A stretch of 62,604 bases of DNA, counting the filler, from Choristocarpus tenellus KU-1152 (taxonomy: Eukaryota; Protista; Phaeophyceae), in assembly GCA_964200185.2 (NCBI GenBank). It is 10 parts of 10 records of this genome, joined end to end, with 100 filler letters (N's around TTAATTAATTAA, not from the genome) between each part and the next. Parts side by side here need not be neighbours in the genome. Positions count along the whole stretch, not along the records: positions 44,310 to 54,418 come from CAXNAD020003147.1; positions 54,519 to 58,340 come from CAXNAD020017727.1; positions 58,441 to 62,604 come from CAXNAD020015895.1; 7 more parts are not named here. One strand, given 5' to 3'. Under the pieces are notes generated by a model. It searched no databases and was not told the origin of the DNA. It was given only the letters and a program-made list of their open reading frames with translations. Shown here piece after piece: positions 51,301 to 62,604 of this stretch; positions within the stretch are counted from its first letter, which is position 1, and each line of letters begins with the position of its first letter. A program made the position numbers and the translations under genes.

Positions 51301-54300
51301 ACCAAAAAAAAATCTTGACAGAACTTCTGTTGATAGGAATGATGATCTTACCACACCCAACACATCTTGGGGCACCTTCAGAACCTTGCTTCCCTCCTCG
51401 TCTGGCAGTGGGCTGTGGCTGCCGGTGATCACTTCAAAATTGTGGGAAATTCCTGGAACCCATTCTGTGTCAAGGTAGGGAGGATCTTCCCCCTCCCTCT
51501 GTGACCTACCATAGTCTGCTGAACACGCCGGTATGTGAGAAAGTTGAATGGTCATACAAGTGTCTCAAGAAAGGAAGGGGAGAGAGGCCATCTATTGTGG
51601 GGTACAATGTACCATGTTCACAATGGAGTGGCCATACAAGATCTCAGCATGTTACTACGTGCTGATCATATGTTGTGAATGACAGGGGAAAACAGATGTT
51701 CAGGAACTGAGGAATTGTTGGAGGAGCAGACTGCTTGGAGCAGTTCAAGTGTATATTGTGTAATGCACCTCATGTGTCACAAGAAAAAAGAACAGCTGTA
51801 GGTTTGAAAACTCATAAGTGCCTATCTACTGCTGTTGCAAGTGGTGATAACTTCTATTCAACAACTACACATCAAACTGAACTCATCTATATATCAAGCA
51901 TGAGTTCCCATGTATGAACACCGCTAATTTTTCCCAATGAACTACTTCAGAGCAGAAACATTATCTATCAAAAGGAAATTCTTTGGGCCCCCCCCCAAAA
52001 AATGCTCTTGGATTATTTGTGTGCTCCTCATAAGTAAGAAAAGTAATTGGGACATAGGCAGCTAGCTTTTGGCCCTTTTTCATTTTGAGTCATATTTCTT
52101 ACCCTGTGCAATACGCCTATATTCATTGCTATACGTGCACAATAGTGTCCGCAAAATTGATGTTCCTCATTTCCTCACACCAATGGCACCACATTTCAGC
52201 AGGTGCTCATCCCTCAAATACACAAGAATGTGTATTTGGCCATTTCTTCGTATCCTTGAAATGCAACCTCACCTACCTTTTAATTACTTAGCTCAAATTT
52301 CAGTTGTCCCATAACAAAAAAACTGATTATGACATACTTTCACATCACTCTCCCTTAGGTGTGCCATGTGAGTGATAGTATTTTGTCTCTGAGAAAGGGT
52401 CACACTTGTGTGAAGTTCGAACAGGGTTAATTTACTTGGGTCAGTGTTGCTGGGACCAAATGCCGTTTCCGTAAAATGGCTCAATTTCTCTAATATTTCT
52501 GTAAAGTTACTAACATTTTTTCATCTCAACATTGTCGTAACAAATGACTTCAAACAGAAGTCTTATGTTCGCATTTTCCATGCCATTATCACATTTAAAG
52601 CAATCAGAACTACGATAAAACAGAAAAAATGTCTTTGATTCTCCTCTCTTCGTCCTCTTTGAAACAATGAAGTATCAAATTGTCCCAAACAACAAACATC
52701 CGAATATCCCCACACAATAAATGTCAATTTGATGTAATTGTCTGTCTCTTTGTCAGGCCCAGCCTGCCACACACCACCACATGTCACAACTCATCCATTG
52801 TACGGGCAACCACTTACTGCAATGAGAGTCAAGGTATCTTAGAGGGCAGAGCCGCGTCCGTTTGGGGTCCAAAACCCAATGTTGCGATTTTGATGCAACT
52901 GTGGCTATTGTATTTGTTAGGAATTGTCAATATTGTTCCGGACACACCTTTTGTAAATGTTTAAAGTTTATGGCAGTAGTATTTTCCCAAGACAGTGGTT
53001 CCCCAGTGCACGTTAGATGGACAGCTACCTTCAAGGTGTTGTGAGTCAAAGTATCTTAGAGGGTACAGTCACGTCCAAATGGGGATCAAAATCCAATGTT
53101 GCGATTTTGATGTAATTTTGGTTATCGTGTTTGTTAAGCAAGTGTTAATATCCTTGCTCTGGACACACCTTTTCATAAGGTATACATTTTACCTACTCCA
53201 AAATATTTCGGAGTAGGAAATTGTCATAAGAAACCCCTGGGAAGTCAAGCCCCATCTGGACAAATGGGCAAAATTGGTACCCTCTAAGATACTTTCCCTC
53301 TGTGGTATCTTGACATCTTATCACCATACACCCAATGGTTGTACCAATAGCAGCGTTGATTGTATTGGACTATCCTGTAAGTAAGAGTATGGCTCAAAAT
53401 ATTTGCCTCCCTACTCAATCGTGTTTGCATGCTCACCTTGAAGCTGATTTCAGTGCAATGCACAGAAACATACGGTACATATAGCTCTGAGAGTAAAGGA
53501 AGGGGCGAAGAGGAGATCTCTTGGTACTGGGAAGTCACTTAGTGCACAATAAAAAAGAGGGTACTTCTCAATATAAGGCATCACAACTCCTTGCATTGAG
53601 GGTTCCTGGAGTAAACCAGACAAGCATAGAAACACAGTCAAGAGCACAAGGCTTGCTTGTGTGACCACATGAAGTGCTTATCCAAGGAGAAGGCCTTAAA
53701 GTGTGAAGAGGAAAATGAAGAACGCATGTACCAGGCTACTTTTACTATGAATGAATTTGAAAAAAAGGTGTACAGTGAGTGTGCTCTAGTAGTTCCAGGA
53801 GTTTTGATCTCACATGTACATTGAATTGGAAATCGTAAGGGAGAGATACTACAAGCAAAGAAATAACTAAGAAACACTAAATGAGCAAACCCTAGTGCTA
53901 TGCTCTACACACAAAACATTGATAGTGTCAATAACAGTTTTACAAGTCTATCCACCGCCTAACCTTCAGTAATAGGTGGCATTATTTTGTCTCACTGCCA
54001 CAGCACTCTTATCAGTGTTAGCAATATATGTTAAGGCTCATAATAAAACACATAGCCCATATTCTGACAAAATTCAGACAAAGTATTGTTTCAACGATCA
54101 CCACTTAGAAATAGTATTCCTATTGATATTGGATGATCTGGCCAACTACTCACACTTACAGGAGGTACACCATAGCTTCTGATTACATGGAAACCAACCA
54201 CACGCACCGGGTCCACTGCTGCTTGGCGTTTGTCCAAGGCTGCGGTTGTCCTCCTCCATCTGCCCCCCTCGAGAGTGTAGAACAAAGCATGAGCGAATCA

Positions 54301-54305
54301 ACACC
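45311..54305 (-). CDS. Multi-exon hypothetical protein, partial and acidic/low-complexity
   Basis: Open, splice-bounded segments near 54305, 53500, 52400, 51400, 50030-50320, 49200, 46800-46970 and 46020-46230, with a terminal exon ..EESEDLRRWIKQHSC*. Exon chain not fully verified. Confidence 0.4.
46309..46569 (+). mobile_element. MITE family A
   Basis: Full TIRs; 4-bp TSD GCTG. Confidence 0.92.
47676..47912 (+). mobile_element. MITE family A with small internal deletions
   Basis: Full TIRs; 4-bp TSD CTCT. Confidence 0.92.
50462..50643 (-). mobile_element. MITE family B, reverse orientation
   Basis: Reverse-complement match to 44707-44882; one TIR decayed; AGA on both flanks. Confidence 0.75.
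52826..52970 (+). mobile_element. MITE family A, left half only
   Basis: GAGTCAAGGTATCTTAGAGGGCAGAGCCGCGTCC.. is colinear with family A for about 145 bp. Confidence 0.8.
53043..53300 (+). mobile_element. MITE family A
   Basis: Full TIRs; TGT duplication. Confidence 0.92.
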
Positions 54306-55928
54306 TAAGATTCATCCACCATAGGGTAAGGGTGTCAGTCGTAAGAGATCAAGGCGATGGTGCCTATTGCAGAACTTGGGGGATGATAACAGACCCAAAG
54401 TATCTGGGGGAGGGGGGGNNNNNNNNNNNNNNNNNNNNNNNNNNNNNNNNNNNNNNNNNNNNTTAATTAATTAANNNNNNNNNNNNNNNNNNNNNNNNNN
54501 NNNNNNNNNNNNNNNNNNCCCCGAGGCTGGCCCCGGGTCAGAGACACACAACCAAAAGGGGGGGGGGGGGGGGGAGGCAGATAATAAGCAATCTGGGTGA
54601 TTCAAATAATGGTATTACTGGCATGGATACTTGGGTCATTTACAATTCTCAGTGTACAAAAAATTATCGCAACAAGGGTAAGCATTGCATCAGTACCCTG
54701 AACTTGAGAATACTTAAAGACATATTCAACTAACTCTACCAGAGAGCAGAAACATTTCTGGTGTACGTTGTGGCAAGAGCAATCAAAACTACACTACAGT
54801 ACACTCTATGTGCAGAGGACTTGAAACAACCAGCAGTGCTCATTTGGGACCATTGTAACCTATGACCTTGAAGATCCTAGTATGCCTTCACAAAGGCCAG
54901 TGCTCTCCTTGTCAAGAGTCGACTGAACACAGCATAACAAACAGACAAACAGACAGTTGCAGCATAGGCGCTTTCCAACCAAGATGATACGCTTTACACA
55001 GAACTCAGAGACCACATAGACCACATGGACACAGTACTGTACTTTTAACTTGATCCAACATTCACAACTGGAAAAACTACCATAACCTCACACTCAAGCT
55101 TGACCCAGTGCATACACTCAATGTCAGGGCTCAAGAGTCAAGCTTTAACTGATTTGTCTGTAGAATCAGGAGTCACCCATCATCCTAATCCCAACCTCCT
55201 CAGAAAAAATATGAAGACAACAGAAAAATCGGAGTCTACTAAAACAATCTCTGGAGCATGGGATAAGTTGTTGTCAGCAAAATAAGGAAAAACCTCCGGA
55301 GCGACTCTTCACAATATCTGGGACTCTTCACAATATCTGGGGCCAGATACGCAAAAGAGAGGACCCAAGTGCTAACACCAGTGCCACAACGGAATTGGAT
55401 TAACCTGATCAACAAATTGACATGCAGTTCAGGATATTCATGTAAGTAGGGAACTGTGAACCCCCAGGTATCCACACAGCTCAGGGCGTTCTTAACATAC
55501 ATATACGTTGCTGTGCCACATATGCTCTAGTGTGGATGTGAAAGGCAAACAAGGTCGATCTATCAGCAATATGATCAAGCTCAAAATCTTGCGTTGTGAG
55601 CACTTGTACTTGATGCAACTAAGACCCAACCCAATAGATACACCACATGATTGACACTGATTTATTCCTGTGGGAACAGAGCCAAACACACAACTAGTAA
55701 CACACCTAAACAGGATCCTGTGAAGAAACCCTAGACAAAGTATCTGTGTCTAACAAGGTGAATACAGATAACTGCAAAACTGTAGAAAGCATTTCCAGCA
55801 CAGACAAAGCTTGAGAGGGCCTTGCACCAAATTTAGCTAGGTAATGATGAGAGGTATTACTAGCACTACCTAAACAATCTACACAATATCAGCATATCAC
55901 CTCTGGTCAAAACCAAACATATCCTCAC

Positions 55929-57401
55929 CTCATGGCGGGGCGAATCTCCCAGGACAAAAGCTTCATCATCAGGCTCTACCTCTTCCTCCTCTGATGAGTC
56001 ATCATCATCATCAATGCTCCCCTCAAGTATAACCTTGGCAATGTCTACAGCCAGCTTCTCTTTGGGCGATGGGTCAATTGGGTGCCCTTCCTTATCTTTC
56101 TTTGATAGGGGACCCTTGATCTACCCAATTTGCAGTGGAGAGTACAGAGGAGCGGTAGATGGGGAGACACTGTTATACATATTTTCAAGCGACTTTATAG
56201 TTCCCAGTTTATATTCATGGACACCAGCAAAACAGAAACACGCCATCGGCCCCACCCTAAACCTGTCCAACATCGAAGGAAGGACTGTCAGCAGTATTTC
56301 CAATTCGTCGATTTCACGAAGGATATGTCAATAGAATAATAGCAGGTGCTTGAAACGATCAAGCAGTGATATTGTTGGATTATAAATCTCAGAACTTCAC
56401 TTCTAGCTCTTTTACAGGAACCTCCATACACAGTAGTCCTCTTTTGCTTGAATGTGATATATGTCACAGCAGACAATTCAATGGAATATCAAATCATCAT
56501 ACACCCAATATGTGAACCAATATTGCTGGAGAGTAGGAGCTAATATATTGTGATATTTCTGTTGAATTCGCACACATGAGTAACCAGGGGGTTCGTGTTC
56601 CCTGGAGATCTATACATCTGAATTACGGAATGTTTTGTACATAGCACCTCGACGATCTTGGTCTGACAATCACAAAGTGGTGTCCTGGCAACAAAAAAAA
56701 TGGTGACTTCACTCTGCAACGGTATTGCCGAGGTTTGAGATCTGAGTTAGTACGAGATTTGTCCGAATCTCGACCCATTCCAAGACTTGCTACAAGCATA
56801 ATCAACAAGAGCATCTATAGGAAGAAAGACTAAAAGAAGAATCAGGGTACACCATTGCTAGATTGAACCGTAAATAGACAATGAAATACCGACCTCCACG
56901 CTTCGAAATCACTAGAGAAATTCCAACCTCAAAAAAATGAATTGAGGGAAACGAGTTGCTATCCGATCTCATTCATAGAGTAGGCCTGATTGCAGAGTGA
57001 CGGTCAAATCAGAGCATCTGATCGATTTAAAATGAACGGGGGGCACTCAATGTTAGTGGTACATATGCTCCAATAATTGCGTTCACCTAGTATTCGTATT
57101 GCTGGATCAAGGGGTTGGGCTTGAACACGAGCCAATTCCAACAACCTATTACCAGACTATCTGTATTGGGTTGTACAAATCGTGAGAGGGAATTCATCCT
57201 CACCGTCAGCCCAATGTCCAGATTCCCTCCCTTGAAAACAAACACTTCTGTCGTCCATTTTTCCTCCTCGGTCTTAGCAATGTCTGCATAGAAACACTGC
57301 ACTTGACCTGGGCGAATAAAGACAGTGGACGCAGTCGGCGCACCCCTAGTGCAGAGAACGAGCAAGGCGTAGAAAAACAAGATTCTCCATGAGGTTGCCA
57401 T
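55929..57401 (-). CDS. p24/emp24/gp25L (GOLD domain) family protein, 5' part
   Basis: Exon 57401-57204 has a signal peptide then VFIRPGQVQCFY..VFKGGNLDIGLT. Exon 56120-55929 continues IKGP.. in frame. Remainder not found before the contig end. Confidence 0.8.
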
Positions 57402-58440
57402 CGTTTACCAACCCTCGAAAGTCAAGGATCTACAAAGGGGACAGCAACATATCCCTTGATTACTCTGAAATTGGTCATAATCAGGACAATTGACGCGCAC
57501 ATTAGCGCGCGAGGGATACACATTTATTTGTTGGATGATGAAGATGTAATACTTGTTCTCATATTTAGTTGTAAACCGACATCGATCTACAGGAATTCAG
57601 GAGGTTCGAGACCCTTCCACGCCTGACTTCTTTTCACCAAAATATCTGTTCTCCAAAGTCACATCTGGAGAAGGGAAAGCAACATCCGTTTAATTTATCT
57701 GGAAAATAATCACCAAAAGAAGGACAACTAAACGTGGACAGCACTACCACACGAGTAATCAAGATAAATTTGTAGCAATATAAGTTCCCTGTCTTCATAC
57801 TACTCAAATGTTCGAGGGAATGTCGACTGAAAGAAGCAAGCGGATTCGAGCCCATTCGACACAAGACCTCTTTTTACATTTTTTTTCGATGATGGTGCTG
57901 TTCCACGCAACTATTTCTGTTGTCTCCACTACGCCATCTGTGATATACTATAAAAATGACAGACCAATCTCAACATACATACCACAAAAAAAAACGAATC
58001 TCAAGGTAGAAAGAATTTGAGCCAGGTCCAGGAAAAAAATCGAGAGAGAAGACGAAGCCACAAGGAGTGGGATTTGTAAACACGTGAGAAGCAAGGCAGG
58101 AATAGAGGCAGTACAAATAATCCTAGCTCAACAACAATAATAGTGTTAGTAGTGGAGTGTGTTCACTGTGTCTGTGACTATGGGTCAGGATCATGTTGCG
58201 ACAATAATAATAATACTGATAATGATGATGATGATACTGATGCCAAACAGGTGCACAGTGACTGGGTGCAGAAGGCAACATGTTGACACCAGACATGCCC
58301 GTAGCTGCTCCAGAGCAGGAGGCCAGGTTCGACAACACACNNNNNNNNNNNNNNNNNNNNNNNNNNNNNNNNNNNNNNNNNNNNTTAATTAATTAANNNN
58401 NNNNNNNNNNNNNNNNNNNNNNNNNNNNNNNNNNNNNNNN

Positions 58441-58482
58441 CCCCAAATGGACGCGGCTCTACCCTCTAAGATACTTTGACTC
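58441..58482 (-). mobile_element. MITE family A terminus at contig start
   Basis: CCCCAAATGGACGCGGCTCTACCCTCTAAGATACTTTGACTC. Confidence 0.85.
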
Positions 58483-59350
58483 ACTTCTCCGACATTACAT
58501 ACCTGGGCCAAAGTATCTGGGAGGGGGGGGGCGGGTGTCCATTTGGGGATCATTTTACCATATCGCGATTATTGGGTTACTTGCTTATATGCGCGGGATT
58601 GAAGGTGTGTTTCATAGTTATGTGTGTGGATTACACTTGGTTATAGTCGTGATAGGCTTAAGTCCAGCAAAATAGTCAGCCACTGCTTCGAGGATTTTTG
58701 AATTTGGACTTGAATGAATGAAAGGAATGGTTGGGAACTGGTTTATGTTTATGACGAAGTGCCAATTTTAGCATCCTTTTGTTCATGAAGTACTGAAAAA
58801 AAATGTCATTCATTAGGCTTAACTAGTTTGTGCTTCGTGAAGTGAACAAATGTCTACATCCATTGTGAAGAGGCATCACTAACGGGGTTTGGAATTAGTC
58901 GGATTACTTTGAGTTCATCTAGTAGTTTTATTTGTTGGTGTCCGGTGATGAATATTGTTGTGATTCCTTAATTGAACTTTTAAAATGGAGCGACCAAATT
59001 GTGCAATCGATTTAAATATGGTCGGGTATGGCATCAAGAAGTTCTTCACGTAGGTGTTGGTCGGTAGTGTGGTATTCATCAGGGTTTTGTTTGGCTAAGC
59101 GAGTGATATGGTGGAGGTGGAAAGGCTTAGGTAAATGTTTGTCGAGGGGCTATATGATGATTTTTTGGAGTATGTACACATGAGGGTAGTGTTGTGGTTA
59201 GCAGGTTGGGTTCACGGCTGTCCATGTGGGTGAGAGGTGGGTCATGTCACGGATGTAGGTCGATTTGGTGACAAGGGTAGCATCAACAATGTATCACATG
59301 TGCCTGCTTGTATGCAAATCTCTGTGGGCTTGGGAATTATGGGAAATAGG

Positions 59351-59608
59351 GAGTGGAAGTATCTTAGAGGGTACGAGTTTTGCCCTGTTTGTCCGTTTGG
59401 TTCTTGACTTCCCACGGATTTTTATATGACATTTTCCTACTCCAAAATGTATGGGAGTAGGTAAAATGTGTATGTTGTGAGAAGTGGTGTCCAGAACAAG
59501 GGTATTGATATTTCCTAACAACACGATAGCCAAAATTACATCATAATCGCAACATTGGAGTTTTGCCCCCAAACGGACGCGGCTCTACCCTCTATGATAC
59601 TTTGGCTC
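59351..59608 (-). mobile_element. MITE family A, reverse orientation
   Basis: Full TIRs; 4-bp TSD TAGG. Confidence 0.92.
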
Positions 59609-59814
59609 TAGGGGGTGTTTTTTAGTGTCATTCAATCATTGATTACTTAGGGTTAGGAACAATGTGACCGATTCCTTGATTAATGACACTACGGTGAAAC
59701 CCACTATGTAAGCATTGTGACACCATTAGGGAAACAGGCTGTTGATAGACGCACGCCTAATTTTTGATGTATATAAAATTTACTGGAATATTAGGATGTG
59801 ACAGTTTAGCACAA

Positions 59815-60071
59815 GAGTGAAAGTATCTTAGACGGTACAAGTTTTGCCCTATTTGTCCATTTTGGTGCTTGGCTTCCCACGTTTCTTTTTATGACATTTT
59901 CCTACTCCAAAGTGTTTCCGAGTAGGGATTATATGCGTTATGGAAAGTTTGTTCCGAAACAAGGATATTGACACTTCCTAACAAACATATTAGCGAAAAT
60001 TACATCAAAAATCAACAATGGATTTTGGTCCCCAAATGGACGCGGCCCTACCCTCTAAGATACTTTGGCTC
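59815..60071 (-). mobile_element. MITE family A, reverse orientation
   Basis: Full TIRs; flanks ACAA/GCAA (4 bp with one mismatch). Confidence 0.9.
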
Positions 60072-60940
60072 GCAAAGAATATGTGTTCCAGGGGTACGAC
60101 GCACAGCGATACAAGCTTCAGCAAAGTTTAAATGTTGATGAGAAATATTGATATCGAACATTCGTAACAGTCTTCGATCATTGAAACTAAGACTGAAGCG
60201 TACCCTCCTTTGGTCCAAGGGTTAGGCCAAGTTTCGAATGTGTGTTAGAGGGTATACGGGTATAGTATGTGCAAACTAGAGATTCCCAAACGGTGTTTGG
60301 CTGTGATCACCAAAGCACCCCTTAACAGTGCGGGGAAAATATGAGAAGAATTCTGATGTTCACCTTCACGGTACAATGAGGACGATATACTGTGTTAGAC
60401 ATCGATTGGTATTTAAGGTTATCAACCTTGCTTCGCATCAGAAGACCTGTTTAGGGGGTGAAAAGGTGTATTGCTACGGGATACTACACGTGTATTTGTC
60501 AGGACGTGTGTACTGATGTAAAAGATGTGGCAAATACCTATATACAGATGAGAACCCAAATACTGAACCAAAGCCGATTCACTATTTGGTAAGAGAAGGA
60601 CACATTGGACTTGATCAAGTCAAATAGTTCACAGCGAGGAGAATGACTCAATGAATTTGTCTTGAATTAGGGTTACCCTGCCAGTTAAAAACTCCAAAAT
60701 CTGAAACATTTGCCTGGGGCTGTGCAAAGTCAGACGCTGTACAGGTATAACTACAGAGTCTCCAAAAACAATTTTTGGTCCAGACCATGCAAACCTGGTT
60801 GTTGGACACATTGCGCAAGGAACAGAAAGAATACAGTCCGCGAAAAATACACTCTTACATCAAGTTCCAAATGAAACCAAAAATAATCTACTTGAGCTGG
60901 TGAGCATGTGTGAAGTCACACCTCCCTTCCTTCCACCAAT

Positions 60941-61944
60941 CTATAAGCTTGGGGGGTAAACCTCTGTCAACACATGCCAAAGATTTAGGGGGGAGGAGTA
61001 CTTGTCATTCCACATTTCTGCCTCGACACGGCTGAGAAACACAGCTTTTCTCGCAGCAAGCGCTTCTATGTCCTTCGCACAGAGCGTCCTCTTGGTATTA
61101 CCCACACCATGGCACAATCCATCGAGGATTCCCTTGTGCACGTAGCAGTGATCGTCAAGGACAAGAAGATATGCAGATTTGCCATCTCGCATCGACCTAA
61201 ATCCATAGTCATGGATCACCTGTTGAAGGACACAGGTTTGCACATGATAATATTTTGATGAGGATAGGTTTGCCGAGCGGAGGAGTTCCTCCGCGCAAGC
61301 CTCAAGGAATCGATCTGTCATTCCGATGTTAAACTTACCATCCTCGGACATGGGCAGTTCATCTTCGCTGTCCGCCAAGTCCACATCGCTCCCCTTGATG
61401 TCCAACGGTGTATTTGGCGCTGACATCTCACTACTACTACGTACAGGTGAGAAGATATTCTCCAGTAGGGTAAACGGTGGGGGTTTTGGCGTTTTTTTGC
61501 CCTTGCGAGTGGGGACGCGTTTCTCAGAACCTGAACCCTGTAGAGACCCGTAATCCCTAACATGCACAACCCCCCCTGAAGACATTTGTCTCTTACCGGG
61601 AGGTGATCTGGAGTACGGGTCGACCTGTTCAACATCGACCACTTCGCTTCCCGCGGAACCGTCATCGCTACAACTACCCACCACTGACTCCACATCATGT
61701 GTTGGAGTTGTCCGCGATACCTTGGGTATTTCTTCCATTTTGTCCGTGTCATAATCCGGGGCATCCCACCCGGTCGGCAAAGATCCCAACTCGCTCTCTC
61801 CGGTGTCACTGTCGGAAGGCAGTCGGACACGGGATACCTTGACACCCTCAGGTGCTTTGTGACCACCTGCGTCCTCATCGCGCCAGGCAACACCACTCGT
61901 GGGGTCTATGACACGGACGATGTATGGGCCAAGCAGAGGGGTTC
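60941..61944 (-). CDS. Large exon: disordered N-terminal region plus putative RPA70N-like OB fold
   Basis: Frame is open from a TAAG acceptor near 61944 to a stop at 60941. C-terminal CVLQQV..AYLLVLDD..KGILD resembles the RPA1 N-domain pattern. Confidence 0.5.
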
Positions 61945-62604
61945 CTTAAACGCTAGCTTGTCCTCACTGGTTCTGCACCCGAGGGGGGTGGTACACTTCT
62001 ACGCCATGCTGGAGGGGAACCGTGAACCCGAGAAAGAGGAACGATATGCAGATGAACTGTCCAAACTTTATCGTAAGTTCTGAACAGAAGAAGAGTGTGC
62101 GGAAGAACAGGACGGGGGACTTAGCGGCGCTCCCAAAGAATCTGGAGCGGTGTGGCGAACGGGTGTCAGGAACAGAGATGGTGACGTATTTATGTGTCAG
62201 CGTAAAGTCGTAAAGAAATGAAATATCACAAGTGGAAAAAATATTTGAAAGCACTGTAAGTGCGAACGACACTATTGTACCATTGTCATGCGTAGTGCCG
62301 ATAATCTAGGGCAAACCTCTCAAAAACATCTACCATTCTGAACCAGAAAGGGGGTAATCTGCATTAAATTTCCAACATGCAACAACTTGGCTGTACAATC
62401 AAATCTGCATCGGCAACTATTTCCTCTTGCTGCAATTGTTTATTGAAGTAATTTTCATTAGTACACTGATAAAAATAGCCACGTCTTTTAAACTTTCGTG
62501 GAAAAGCCATACAATTTTTTTCGTTCATAAATGTGAATCGTGTGATTCTGTGGCGGCGTGGTTCACTCAGGCAAGGGTGGTGAAGAGAATCACCGGGCAA
62601 GACG

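Noticed and set aside
57590-57630. tRNA or Pol III B-box (GGTTCGAGACC)
   Set aside because: No cloverleaf and no properly spaced A box.

Overview
This is intron-rich eukaryotic nuclear DNA, most likely a brown alga or related photosynthetic stramenopile (inferred from gene content, intron style and short TTAGGG runs). The window is not contiguous: it is 10 contigs joined by artificial 100-bp N44-TTAATTAATTAA-N44 linkers, so adjacency across linkers has no meaning. Recognisable genes are RPL12 (complete, 5 exons) head-to-head with a partial organellar PNPase, a divergent frataxin-like gene, a Gal3ST-type sulfotransferase, a p24/GOLD protein, a tyrosinase-like exon, an EF-hand-like gene and several hypothetical genes. 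Mobile DNA is abundant: two related MITE families share GnnnAAAGTATCT termini and show a mixed 3/4-bp target duplication pattern; there is also a pogo-like relic with a PHD-like finger and PIP box, a plant-type mariner with a Stowaway-like TIR, and CRE-type non-LTR relics. The best leads are a spliced ParB/Srx-like (NGQHR) gene with repeated upstream palindromes, the MITE system, a structured H/ACA-like RNA in an RPL12 intron, and an RPA70N-like OB-fold gene. All gene models and family calls were made by eye, without database searches.
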